A stretch of 40,941 nucleotides of DNA from a virus (lineage: Duplodnaviria; Caudoviricetes), in the IMG/VR virus record IMGVR_UViG_3300028599_000010, positions 1 through 40,941 of that record; one strand, written 5' to 3'. Within the stretch, counting starts at the first letter, position 1; every line of letters starts with the position of its first letter. A model generated the notes under the pieces. The model did not search any database. It saw nothing but the letters and a program-made list of their open reading frames with translations, and was not told where the DNA came from. The position numbers and the translations under genes are program-made. Of this stretch, positions 23,825 through 33,725 are shown one piece after another.

Positions 23825-24507
23825 GTATATTCAAAAAAAATACGGCTGTTACAGGATTTCCTTTCACGCTTATCTCGGCCACGGATGGGAGTGCTATTAC
23901 TACGGGAACTCCGGTAGGTTATGTCACGTTAGATGGTGGGGCTCAAACCGCAATCGGAGATGTAACCCCTGTACATGAAGGCAATGGGCAATGGACGTTT
24001 GATTTAACTGGCGCAGAAATGAACGGTGATGTGGTTGGGTTCCTAATTACCCATGTAAGCGCAATTAACGTGCATTTTACCATTAAAACAGATACTAAAA
24101 TTGTATCTGAAGTATCTACTGAATTAGCTACTGCTCAAGCCGATTTAGACATAATTACGGGCGCAGACGGCGTTAATTTACTCTCCGCGACACAAGCGAG
24201 TATTGATGCGATAGAAATCGACACCGCATCAATGGGTATCACTAAAAACGCAACCTTTAGTAATTTTGAATTTCCCATGGTGTTGACTTCAGATCACTAT
24301 ACAGCCGCAACAGGATTAACGGTAACAGGTGAGAAAAGTATAGATGGTGGTGCTTTCGCTGCGGTTAGTGGGGCGATTGCCGAAGTGGGCAGCGGCGTTT
24401 ATCAATGTGATTTACTTGCAGCCGACACTAACGGAGATGTTATTACTTATAAATTCTCATCAGCAACCGCAGATGACACAATTATCACGGTGACAACTCG
24501 CGCATGA
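23821..24507 (+). CDS. virion protein with duplicated beta domain
   Basis: N- and C-terminal halves share DGGA..A..E.G.G...DL..A..NGDV. Confidence 0.75.
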   Translation: MSIFKKNTAVTGFPFTLISATDGSAITTGTPVGYVTLDGGAQTAIGDVTPVHEGNGQWTFDLTGAEMNGDVVGFLITHVSAINVHFTIKTDTKIVSEVSTELATAQADLDIITGADGVNLLSATQASIDAIEIDTASMGITKNATFSNFEFPMVLTSDHYTAATGLTVTGEKSIDGGAFAAVSGAIAEVGSGVYQCDLLAADTNGDVITYKFSSATADDTIITVTTRA

Positions 24508-25163
24508 TTGTTCGCTGGGGCAGAAAAGGACTGATAGCCGGCGCTTATGCGGTTACGTTTGTTACTGCTGTTAGCTCAGTTAGCTATATTAACGAAGTTC
24601 AAGCAAGACCCAGCTTTAAACAAGAAGTTAAATTTGTTACGCCCGTTAGCGCATCGGTTAATACGATTAATCGGGTTCAAATACGTCCTGATATTAAGTT
24701 TGAATTCAGACATTTAACCCCTGTTAGCGCATCGGTTAATACGGTTAATCGCGTTCAAATACGTCCTGATGTTAAGTTTGAGTTTAGACATTTAACGCCA
24801 GTAGAAACGATCGATATTATTGAAACAGCAGGCGGAAGCGGATACCCAGCATGGGTAAAAGTACAGAATAAAGAAGTTTTTAGTGAGAAAGAAGCGTATG
24901 CCACGTTACGAAAAATGCGGGAAAGGGTGGAACAACGGGGTATTTCGGCAAGAGTTTTAAAGAAGCGAGAAAAAGAACTAAACATAGCCGAAAGTGAGGT
25001 TGTAAAGCGTTTAGGTCGCCGATATGCCGAGATAATAGGCGAAAAGTACGATAACTTGACTGGATTCGTAGATGCACTAAGATTTAGTGAGTCTTTAGGT
25101 GAAATGTCAGAAGAAGATATGGAACAAATATTATTAATCTTATTAATAGATGAGGTCACTTAA
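24504..25163 (+). CDS. hypothetical protein with 26-aa (78-bp) repeats
   Basis: VSASVNT.NRVQIRPD.KFEFRHLTP x2 plus a diverged copy. Confidence 0.7.
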   Translation: MIVRWGRKGLIAGAYAVTFVTAVSSVSYINEVQARPSFKQEVKFVTPVSASVNTINRVQIRPDIKFEFRHLTPVSASVNTVNRVQIRPDVKFEFRHLTPVETIDIIETAGGSGYPAWVKVQNKEVFSEKEAYATLRKMRERVEQRGISARVLKKREKELNIAESEVVKRLGRRYAEIIGEKYDNLTGFVDALRFSESLGEMSEEDMEQILLILLIDEVT

Positions 25164-25573
25164 TGCCGTTATACAAATACAGATGCCCAAATGACCACGA
25201 ATTTGAGCGATTCCTAAAACTCGATGATTGGATGGAGAAACAATATTGCGAGTGCGGCAATAAAGGCAAGCGTATTATCGGCACCCCAATGATTCTCTCT
25301 AAAAAGTTTGAGAGCTATGAATCACCGATAGATGGCACCCCTATCACTAGCGCGAAAATGCGAAAGGAAGAAATGGCAAGGCATGATTGCGTAGATTACG
25401 AGCCAACAATGAAAGAAGAGTCCACAAGAATAATGAAAGCAGGAGAAGCCGCCTTAGATAAAGAGGTGGATAAGACTGTTGATAAGTTTTGGGATGGATT
25501 ATCGTCCGACAAAAGAGAAGACTTTGCAAAAGAAGTGTCAACCACAGATATAAATTACTCAAGAGGAAGTTAA
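25163..25573 (+). CDS. FmdB-like zinc-ribbon protein
   Basis: MPLYKYRCPNDHEFE...CECG. Confidence 0.8.
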   Translation: MPLYKYRCPNDHEFERFLKLDDWMEKQYCECGNKGKRIIGTPMILSKKFESYESPIDGTPITSAKMRKEEMARHDCVDYEPTMKEESTRIMKAGEAALDKEVDKTVDKFWDGLSSDKREDFAKEVSTTDINYSRGS

Positions 25574-25574
25574 A

Positions 25575-26588
25575 ATGGATCCAGAAATCGCAGACAGCGT
25601 AGAAACAGAAGTAGTCGATGCAGGCCCAACAGTCGAGCCGGTAGAAGATACGGGCTTTGATATGAAATCAGCCACAGAAAGCATTGCTAATGACCTTTTT
25701 GATCGTGGTGAAAAAAAAGAAGTTGATGAAGAAGAAACAGAGGAAATAACAGAAGAAACAGAGGAAATTGAGGCTAAAGAGCCTGAAGAAGAAACAGAAG
25801 AAGTTGAGAAAAAAGCCGCACCCGCTTCGTGGAAGAAAGATATGCACGAAACTTGGGATAAACTAGATCCGGCAGCACAAGAATATATTGAAATACGCGA
25901 ATCACAAATGCGTGAAGGGTTAGAAACAGACCGCAATGATGCTAATTTAGGCCGTACCATGCGCGATACGATGGCCCCTTTCCACGATTTTTTACAGAAG
26001 AAGGGCATGGATGAGCCTACAGCCGTTAGAAACCTGATGAATATCCATTATCAGATGGACAATGCGCCAAATGAGCATAAGATACAGTTATTGCACCAAC
26101 TAGCTTCCAGTTATGGTCTAAACTTAACGGGAGAACAGCAAGAAGTCGATCCAAACATCAAAACCCTACAGGAAGAGATGCAAGGAATGAGGAGTATTTT
26201 AAATGAACGTAACCAAGCTGACCTACAAGTTGCTCGGGAACGTGTAGTAAAAGAAGTAGAGGAATTTGCTTCTAAACCAGAACATTCTTATTTTGAGGAA
26301 ATCGAGGGAGATATTGCGCAATTTATCTCGTCCGGTATGTCTCTTGAGGATGCTTACGAAAAAGCAGTATGGGCTAACCCAATTACTCGCCAAAAAGAGA
26401 TTAATCGCATCAATGAAGAAAAAGGTGCGACCCAACTCGAAGAAGCGCGTAAAAAGGCTGAAGCTCTGAAAAAGGCGAAAGCAACTAACGTCAAAAGTCG
26501 AGACACTCAATATTCTCCTACAGAGAAAACAGGAACGATGGAAGACACAATAAAGGCCACGATGAAAGAAATTAGAAGTCGTGGTTAA
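25575..26588 (+). CDS. capsid scaffolding protein
   Basis: Acidic, helical, directly upstream of the major capsid gene; APASW and AYEKAVWANP motifs. Confidence 0.8.
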   Translation: MDPEIADSVETEVVDAGPTVEPVEDTGFDMKSATESIANDLFDRGEKKEVDEEETEEITEETEEIEAKEPEEETEEVEKKAAPASWKKDMHETWDKLDPAAQEYIEIRESQMREGLETDRNDANLGRTMRDTMAPFHDFLQKKGMDEPTAVRNLMNIHYQMDNAPNEHKIQLLHQLASSYGLNLTGEQQEVDPNIKTLQEEMQGMRSILNERNQADLQVARERVVKEVEEFASKPEHSYFEEIEGDIAQFISSGMSLEDAYEKAVWANPITRQKEINRINEEKGATQLEEARKKAEALKKAKATNVKSRDTQYSPTEKTGTMEDTIKATMKEIRSRG

Positions 26589-26615
26589 ACCGTAAACTAA
26601 ATAAGGAGAAGCCTC

Positions 26616-27578
26616 ATGGCATCACCAAATAGCACTTTTACGGAATTGGTATCCACCACGTTCCGTAAGCACCGTAAAGAGATCAAAGATAACGTATCTA
26701 ACCGTAACGCTTTGCTCAAGTATTTAATGAAGAAAGGTAATTATACGAAAGAAGATGGCGGTCTAACGATTGCTACCCCTCTTGATTACGCTGAAAACAG
26801 CACTTATCAACGCTTCAGTGATTGGGATACATTAAATATCTCAGCCTCAGACGTTATTTCAAGTGCTGAATACCAGTGGCGACAAATTGCGATCAATGTT
26901 GTAGCAAGTGGTCGTGAATTACGTATTAACTCAGGCGATTCAAAGATCGTAAGTTTGGCAAAAAGCCGTATCAAGAATGCGTTGCGTACATTTAACAACA
27001 ATTTCTCAACAGATATTTATTCTGATGGTACCGCGACTAACCAGATAAACGGCTTGCAAGCTCTGGTAGCTGATGCAGGAACAGGTACAGTGGGTGGGAT
27101 TGATTCTACTGCTTATCCTTTCTGGCAAAATCAGATATTTGATTGTAGTGCCGAAACTGTAACCTCAAGCGCGACAACCATTGAAAACTCAATGATGCTG
27201 CCGTTATGGTTAAACTTAGATCGTGGCCCTGATGACCAACCTGATCTCATTGTTATGGATAATATCTATTACCAATACTTTGAAGCATCACAAACATCAC
27301 TAAAACGCTATATGTCTTCTTCTAAAGCTGACGCGGGTATTGTCTCGTTAAAGTATAAGAGCGCAGACGTATTATTCGATGGCAACTCTGGTATCCCTAC
27401 TGAACACGCTTATATGCTTAACACAGAATACTTCGGTTTATGTGTGCATAAAGACGCTGATTTAGAGATTATGGACGAGCAGCGTCCTATCAACCAGGAT
27501 GGTGTGGTTATTCCGATTCTTTGGATGGGTAACTTAACGCTTTCAAATCGTAACCAGCAAGGCGTTATCGTAGAATAG
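26616..27578 (+). CDS. major capsid protein
   Basis: 320 aa; AAGGAG RBS; position after scaffold; INGLQALV, PDLIV motifs. Confidence 0.88.
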   Translation: MASPNSTFTELVSTTFRKHRKEIKDNVSNRNALLKYLMKKGNYTKEDGGLTIATPLDYAENSTYQRFSDWDTLNISASDVISSAEYQWRQIAINVVASGRELRINSGDSKIVSLAKSRIKNALRTFNNNFSTDIYSDGTATNQINGLQALVADAGTGTVGGIDSTAYPFWQNQIFDCSAETVTSSATTIENSMMLPLWLNLDRGPDDQPDLIVMDNIYYQYFEASQTSLKRYMSSSKADAGIVSLKYKSADVLFDGNSGIPTEHAYMLNTEYFGLCVHKDADLEIMDEQRPINQDGVVIPILWMGNLTLSNRNQQGVIVE

Positions 27579-27588
27579 GAGAAATAAA

Positions 27589-28080
27589 ATGACTTTTCAC
27601 ATTACTGACACGGTTGCAGGTTCTCAGGCTATTGCTGATACCTCAACCACACAAAAGCACCCTTTGGGTACGATTGTCCGAGCTTACGATCCAACGTATG
27701 GCGAAGGCGAATTTATCTATTGTTCAGGTGTTGCTTCAACCGTTGTAGGCTCCTTTGCTACTATCCATGAAGATGGGTTTACAACAACTTTGCTTGCTGC
27801 CAATGATATTGGCCGTGTAGGTCTTGCTATGAGTATTAACGTAGCAAGCCAATGGGGTTGGTATCAAATCAGCGGTAAGGGCGTAGGCAAAGTTGCAGCA
27901 GGTTTTGCTGATAACGGTCTTGTTTATGCAACCGCTACGGCTGGAACGGCTGATGATGCTGTTGTTGCAGGAGATCGCGTTAAGAATTGTATTGGCGCAT
28001 CTGCGGTTGACACCCCATCAACCGGATTGGCTGAAATGGAGTTAGATCGTCCTTACATGGATGATGCTTCGGCGGCGTGA
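27589..28080 (+). CDS. capsid decoration/cement-like protein
   Basis: Follows major capsid gene before a terminator; GEFIY..G, WGWYQISG. Confidence 0.7.
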   Translation: MTFHITDTVAGSQAIADTSTTQKHPLGTIVRAYDPTYGEGEFIYCSGVASTVVGSFATIHEDGFTTTLLAANDIGRVGLAMSINVASQWGWYQISGKGVGKVAAGFADNGLVYATATAGTADDAVVAGDRVKNCIGASAVDTPSTGLAEMELDRPYMDDASAA

Positions 28081-28086
28081 TAAATT

Positions 28087-28110
28087 GGGGGCGTAAAAGC
28101 CCCCTTTCTT
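28087..28110 (+). terminator. intrinsic terminator
   Basis: GGGGGC-GTAAAA-GCCCCC-TTTCTT. Confidence 0.85.
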
Positions 28111-28133
28111 AAATTCCAGACAGGAGAATATTT

Positions 28134-28916
28134 ATGAGTATGAACGATTTAGCAGAAAGAGAAGAAAGACCGGCTTATGTTGAGTTTGAGGCACGTCCAG
28201 TAACCGATAAAGCTGCTTCTTTAGCGGCAGGTATGAATGTGTCTGTTGATGAACATTGGGCGTTAGTTACCCCCCCGTACTCGAAAGATCGAGTCGAACA
28301 GAAAGTAACAACGTGGTTTAAGAATTTAGAATTTAATGCTAAAAACAACAGAATACCGCAAGCATGGGTCAAAATGTACCATGATGCGTATGAAGCATGG
28401 AAAACAGGGCAAGAAATCCCTTTAGATGGTACACCCATTAGAAACTGGGCAATCCCTTCTCCGTCACAAGTTAAAAATTTACTTGGTGCCGGAATGAAGA
28501 CCGTTGAAGACCTCGCATTATGTAATGATGAAGGTTTGCGCCGTTTAGGTATGGGTGGTATGGACTTGAGAAATAAGGCAAAAGCCTATCTTGCAAGCGC
28601 AAGCTCTGTTGTAACTGAAAATGCGGCATTAAAGAATGAAATATCACAGCTACAAGGCTCTTTAGAGTCCATGCAACAACAAATAAATATCATGGTCAAT
28701 CAGGGTGCGAGAGTGGTAGAAGTGCCCGAGGTTCCACGTGAAACAATATCCGCTTCTGATATTATGGATGAAGCTCCTAAAAAAGCCGTACCTAAAGGGT
28801 TTGGCGTTCCAGCAGTACAAGACCCTACGTTAGTGGCCGCTTACATTGATAAATTTGGCAAAAAACCTAATCATTTAGCTAAAGATGCGACAATACGTAA
28901 AAAGTTAGAGGAGTAA
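28134..28916 (+). CDS. hypothetical late protein with HhH-like and coiled-coil segments
   Basis: GMKTVEDLA..D..L..LGMG. Confidence 0.75.
   Translation: MSMNDLAEREERPAYVEFEARPVTDKAASLAAGMNVSVDEHWALVTPPYSKDRVEQKVTTWFKNLEFNAKNNRIPQAWVKMYHDAYEAWKTGQEIPLDGTPIRNWAIPSPSQVKNLLGAGMKTVEDLALCNDEGLRRLGMGGMDLRNKAKAYLASASSVVTENAALKNEISQLQGSLESMQQQINIMVNQGARVVEVPEVPRETISASDIMDEAPKKAVPKGFGVPAVQDPTLVAAYIDKFGKKPNHLAKDATIRKKLEE
28730..28745. promoter_or_regulatory. parS-like site
   Basis: GGTTCCACGTGAAACA, 15/16 match to TGTTCCACGTGAAACA. Confidence 0.65.
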
Positions 28917-28919
28917 ATT

Positions 28920-29624
28920 ATGACCATGCTCTCTGTTGTTCAGCGCCATTGCAGGCGTTCAAATATTCCTGCGCCTACTACAGCCATGGGGTCAACAGAT
29001 GATCAAGTTTTACAGGTTGTCGCCCTTCTTGAAGAAGAGGGTAACGACCTGGCAAGTCGTGGAGATTGGCAAGCCTTAACCAGAGAAGCAACGCATACAA
29101 CAGTGGCTACGGAGTCTCAAGGCGCAATAAACGCCATTGCTGCCAACGGTTATGATCACATTAAAAACAATACAATATGGGACAGGACTGAGACTTTACC
29201 CGTTTATGTTATTGATGGCGTGGATTGGCAAACTGAGAAAGGCTTTGCTATCACCTCGCCTCATTATCAAGCGCGTATTCGGGGTAATGAATTATTAGCC
29301 ATTCCTACGCCTGTTGCGGGTAATACGTGGGCGTTTGAGTATATTAGTAAAAACTGGATTGTTGGTGCTGACACAATAACCTACTCACAATATTTCAATA
29401 TTGATACAGATACCTTTTTGCTACCTGAAGAAATCTTATTAAAAGGACTTCGATGGAGGTGGAAAAAAGAAAAAGGGCTCGAATATGCTGAAGACTTCAC
29501 TTCTTATGAATTTATGGTTAAAGATGCACTGTCAAGACAAGGTATGCACAAGCCACTTAATATGAGTGACGGCAGATCGTCACGAAATCCCCACGTTATT
29601 GTGAATGACACCTTTCCATTATGA
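28920..29624 (+). CDS. head-tail adaptor
   Basis: Position and size; inferred. Confidence 0.65.
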   Translation: MTMLSVVQRHCRRSNIPAPTTAMGSTDDQVLQVVALLEEEGNDLASRGDWQALTREATHTTVATESQGAINAIAANGYDHIKNNTIWDRTETLPVYVIDGVDWQTEKGFAITSPHYQARIRGNELLAIPTPVAGNTWAFEYISKNWIVGADTITYSQYFNIDTDTFLLPEEILLKGLRWRWKKEKGLEYAEDFTSYEFMVKDALSRQGMHKPLNMSDGRSSRNPHVIVNDTFPL

Positions 29625-31183
29625 GAAGACCCTCTAAAAATAGAAATCCTGTAAAACAGCAAACATCAACTGTTTTTAGTATTTCATCTCCAACAGGTGG
29701 ATGGAACGCAAGAGACTCTGTTGCAAATATGGCCCCTAATGATGCAATACGGCTTAAAAACTGGTTTCCTACTACGACAGATTGTGAAATAAGGGGCGGT
29801 AATACCTCTCACGCAACGGGTGTCACAGGTACGGTTGAGTCTTTAATGACGTATAACGCTATGAATGGCACAAATAAGATGTATGCGGCAAGCGACAGCG
29901 ATATATGGGACGTGACAAGTGCCGGTGCAGCAGTTGCTAAGTCAGCAACAGTAACAAATGGTCGGTTTCAAAATATTAATTTCGGTGATGGCACAAGTAA
30001 TTATTTAATCATGGTAAACGGGGTAGATGCTCCAATTTACTTCGATGGAACAACCTTCCTTACGATTACGGGTGTAACCTCACCTTTATTAAGCGGTGTT
30101 ACTTTAACTTCCCTCATTCACGTTAATGAGTACAAAGGTCGCTTATTTTTTATAGAAAAAGACACATTATCATTTTGGTATCTTGCGGCAGGCGCGGCAG
30201 GTGGAGCCTTAACTGAGTTTGACTTATCGTCCTTTTGTGTTCATGGCGGTTATTTGATGTGGATGGCCACATGGTCATTTGACTCCGGTGATGGCCCTGA
30301 TGATGCCGCTGTCTTTATGACATCCGAAGGTGAAGTTATTGTTTACAGAGGCACGAACCCTTCTGCCGCAGCCGATTGGGTTTTAACCGGCACTTTCTAT
30401 GTTGGGAAGCCTTTAGGAAGACGCTCATTTGTTAAGTTTGGCGGCGATTTAATCGCGATTACTCAAGATGGCGCTTTTCCTTTGTCAAAAGCCCTTCAAA
30501 CCGCACAAATTAGCAATGATTTTGCTGTAACGAATAAAATTGAGGCTGCCTTTACTGATTCCGCTAGTAATTATGGATCTAATTTTGGATGGGAGGCGAT
30601 ACTTCATCCCCTCAAGACAGCGTTAATTTTTAACATTCCTATTGCTGAAGGTGGAGAACATAAACAGTACGTAATGAACACTATTACAACGTCATGGTGC
30701 GAGTTTGATATGTGGAACGCAGAGTGTTTTGCCGAACATAATGATGAAATTTATTTTGGTAGCGGAACAGCCGTTTACAAGGCATGGTCAGGAACAGCCG
30801 ATGATGGAAGCAATATTATTGCCGAAGGAAAAACCGCCTTTAATTATCTAGGCGAAAGCACTCAACAAAAGAAATTCAATATGTTTCGGCCTATGTTGAA
30901 TGTAAATGGCGATATTTCATTTTTATCAGATTTAGATACCGACTTCAGGGACGATCCCATAAACGGAGCAGCCTCTTATTCAGCAACATCATCTGCTATA
31001 TGGGACACCGCTGTATGGGACGCAGCCTTTTGGACTTCAGGACTCACCGTTGCTCGCAAGTGGTCATCGCCAAGCAGTTATGTTGGCTTTAATGTTGCCG
31101 GTAAATTAAAGGTTGAAACAAACTCCTTAGAGGTTCATTGGATAGCTAATGACTACGTTTATGAGCATGGTGGTGTTTTATGA
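29621..31183 (+). CDS. tail nozzle/head-stabilising protein
   Basis: 520 aa, beta-rich; GGWNARD start, W-D repeat near the C-terminus. Confidence 0.7.
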   Translation: MRRPSKNRNPVKQQTSTVFSISSPTGGWNARDSVANMAPNDAIRLKNWFPTTTDCEIRGGNTSHATGVTGTVESLMTYNAMNGTNKMYAASDSDIWDVTSAGAAVAKSATVTNGRFQNINFGDGTSNYLIMVNGVDAPIYFDGTTFLTITGVTSPLLSGVTLTSLIHVNEYKGRLFFIEKDTLSFWYLAAGAAGGALTEFDLSSFCVHGGYLMWMATWSFDSGDGPDDAAVFMTSEGEVIVYRGTNPSAAADWVLTGTFYVGKPLGRRSFVKFGGDLIAITQDGAFPLSKALQTAQISNDFAVTNKIEAAFTDSASNYGSNFGWEAILHPLKTALIFNIPIAEGGEHKQYVMNTITTSWCEFDMWNAECFAEHNDEIYFGSGTAVYKAWSGTADDGSNIIAEGKTAFNYLGESTQQKKFNMFRPMLNVNGDISFLSDLDTDFRDDPINGAASYSATSSAIWDTAVWDAAFWTSGLTVARKWSSPSSYVGFNVAGKLKVETNSLEVHWIANDYVYEHGGVL

Positions 31184-31632
31184 TATTTCAGATTGAAAAA
31201 ATTGAAGATATTTGGGATGAATTACAAGTCAACTATGAAGCCCATTGGCATGAAACTGAAGAATACCGCCACAATCAAAAATTGAACATGGATAAAGCCC
31301 GCTATATTCAATATGAGAATATGGGGCTATACTTCATGTATACAGTAAGGGATGGTGATAAATTAGCTGGCAACTTAGGCATTTATGTTATGCCATCCAT
31401 GCACACAGGATGTTTGGTAGCAAGTGAAGACACTCTTTTCATTCTACCTGAATACAGACGAACTGGTACTGCTAATAAATTTACGAGACACGTTGAAGCA
31501 GAGCTAAAGAAAATGGGCGTTATTGAAGTCGTTATGGACGTTAAGGTAACGAATAAAGCCTATAAGCTACTTGAGAGACAAGGCTTTGAAAGAATAGGCT
31601 ATAAATACTCAAAACAAATCAACGAGGTTTAA
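31180..31632 (+). CDS. GNAT-family acetyltransferase
   Basis: LFILPEYRRTGTA and KLLERQGF acetyl-CoA motifs. Confidence 0.88.
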   Translation: MIFQIEKIEDIWDELQVNYEAHWHETEEYRHNQKLNMDKARYIQYENMGLYFMYTVRDGDKLAGNLGIYVMPSMHTGCLVASEDTLFILPEYRRTGTANKFTRHVEAELKKMGVIEVVMDVKVTNKAYKLLERQGFERIGYKYSKQINEV

Positions 31633-31635
31633 ATT

Positions 31636-32616
31636 ATGTGCAGTCCATCCCCACCTCCAGCCCCCGATTATACAGGCGCAGCCGAAGCGACCGCAGCCGG
31701 TAACTTAGAAGCTGCCCAATATGCAACGCAAGCTAATCGCCCTGACGAATACACGCCTTACGGCTCAAGAACATGGACTAAAGAAGATGTCTTTGATCAA
31801 GCGGGTTATGATGAAGCCTTAGCAGCATGGAATACAGCTCTTAGTCAAGCCCCGAGCGGCAGCTATGGAGAAGGCCCGAGAAAGTCACAATTTACAACAG
31901 ACAAATGGAGCTCTAATATAAATATGACCCCAGAGGGTCAAGCCTTATTTGATGCTGAGAATCGCAACAAAGCAGGAATATCGCAATTAAGTGAACAAGG
32001 AATGGCGCAATTAGGTGATGTTTTTGGTAATAAGTTCGAGTTAGACCAAAATAGACCGACTTATGAGGGGCCGGGAACGTATGGTGAAAATCGTCAAAAA
32101 ACGATGGACGCTATGCTTGCAAGGGTTAATGAGCAAACTGAACAAGACCGAGACAATAAACGCTCACAGCTTATTGCTCAGGGCATTCCACCAGGTAGCG
32201 AAGCGTGGAAGCGGGAAATGGATCAAATTAATGAGAATTTGACTGATGCACGTCAACAAGCCGAAATAGCCGCAACCGACCAAGCAGGTCGTGAATATCA
32301 ATCTTCATTAGCGGGCGCAGAGCAACAATATGGCGCTCAGACTGATGAACGAAGCCGTATGATTCAAGAATTACTCATGAATCGCCAAACACCACTGAAT
32401 GAATACAATGCTTTCCAAACTGGATCTCAGGTCAATATGCCTCAATTCGGCGCTTATGGACAACAACAGACAACGGCTGGCCCCGATTATACCGGAGCAG
32501 CCGCGGCTCAATCAGCTTATGATATGGGTGGTTATAATGCCGGTGTTGCGGGTAATAATGCGCTGCTTAACACAGCAGGTATGTTAGGCGGATCTTACTT
32601 GATGAGTGGAAGATAA
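31636..32616 (+). CDS. internal virion/DNA ejection protein
   Basis: PPPAPDY..AA motif; Q/A/G-rich. Confidence 0.7.
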   Translation: MCSPSPPPAPDYTGAAEATAAGNLEAAQYATQANRPDEYTPYGSRTWTKEDVFDQAGYDEALAAWNTALSQAPSGSYGEGPRKSQFTTDKWSSNINMTPEGQALFDAENRNKAGISQLSEQGMAQLGDVFGNKFELDQNRPTYEGPGTYGENRQKTMDAMLARVNEQTEQDRDNKRSQLIAQGIPPGSEAWKREMDQINENLTDARQQAEIAATDQAGREYQSSLAGAEQQYGAQTDERSRMIQELLMNRQTPLNEYNAFQTGSQVNMPQFGAYGQQQTTAGPDYTGAAAAQSAYDMGGYNAGVAGNNALLNTAGMLGGSYLMSGR

Positions 32617-33725
32617 TGTATAGCGCAGAGAGAGAGCAGCTAGCCAGACGACAAAAAATGCTGGACATGCTAACACAGCAATCCATGACGCCAAAGCAAA
32701 CCCAAATGGTCAGTGGTCGCGCAGTTCCGCAAGGACTATTAGAAGGAATATCCCCTATTATTCAGGCTATGATGGCGAAGAAAGGGGGTGCTGATATTAC
32801 GAGCCGCACGAAAGAATTGGATACTCAGGAAGCTCAAGGTGTAAAAGACGCCATGAGCGATATAATGACTCAGTACAAAGGTGCGCCACAGCGCCCTTAT
32901 GAAATGTCACCAGAAGAACAATTCCCCGATGAGCCACAAATTCAGGGATTAAAGTCTGCCGCCATTCCTGCCGATCCAACCGGCGCAGCCATGAATGTTG
33001 CGACCGATCCCTTTTTATCCAAAAGTAAACCTGCTCAAGCCATGATGATGCAATTAATGAAGAATAAAAGCTCTGCATCCAGAAGTGGCGGAAACCCATA
33101 TTTTAGCTTCTTACCAACTGAGGGCGGCTATGCTATAGGCGATAATAGAAAAGGCACAATAAGCGATCCAGCTAACCCTAAGTATCGGGGTGTTTTGAAA
33201 GGATCGGATAGCCCAACAATAAAAGGTGATCAAAGACAAGCTATCTCTGATGTTGATTTAAAAATGAAGCCCAAGATTGAATCCGCTGTGATTACTGCCA
33301 AGAAAGGCGCGGAACGCGAACACAGCATGGATAATATTACCTCAATCATAGATCAAGCTGATGCAATTATGGATAAAGGAGTAGCAACAGGAAGTGGTAT
33401 TGGCTCATGGGTGGATGCAGGCGGAAGACTTATTGGACAAACCAGCGAGTCTGCCCAAGCAGCAGCCGAACTAGAAGCTATTGGTGGCGCATTAACAGGC
33501 AAGATGCCTAGATTTGAAGGGCCGCAGTCTGATTATGATAGAGAGTATTATCAGCAAATGGCTGGACGAGTTGGTAATAGAGATGTTCCTTTAGCCGAAA
33601 GAAAAGCTGCTCTGAAGCAAGTAAGAGAGCTATGGGCTAAATACGACAAAAGCGCCAAACAATCAGGAACTTTTGATGGAGAAAAAGAAAAACGCTATCA
33701 AGAGTGGAAGGCTAAACAGCAGTGA
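32616..33725 (+). CDS. internal virion/DNA ejection protein
   Basis: Q/M-rich; GPQSD.D motif; position. Confidence 0.65.
   Translation: MYSAEREQLARRQKMLDMLTQQSMTPKQTQMVSGRAVPQGLLEGISPIIQAMMAKKGGADITSRTKELDTQEAQGVKDAMSDIMTQYKGAPQRPYEMSPEEQFPDEPQIQGLKSAAIPADPTGAAMNVATDPFLSKSKPAQAMMMQLMKNKSSASRSGGNPYFSFLPTEGGYAIGDNRKGTISDPANPKYRGVLKGSDSPTIKGDQRQAISDVDLKMKPKIESAVITAKKGAEREHSMDNITSIIDQADAIMDKGVATGSGIGSWVDAGGRLIGQTSESAQAAAELEAIGGALTGKMPRFEGPQSDYDREYYQQMAGRVGNRDVPLAERKAALKQVRELWAKYDKSAKQSGTFDGEKEKRYQEWKAKQQ

Noticed and set aside
27560-27600. Capsid read-through or frameshift extension
   Set aside because: No slippery site; the next gene has its own AGGAG RBS
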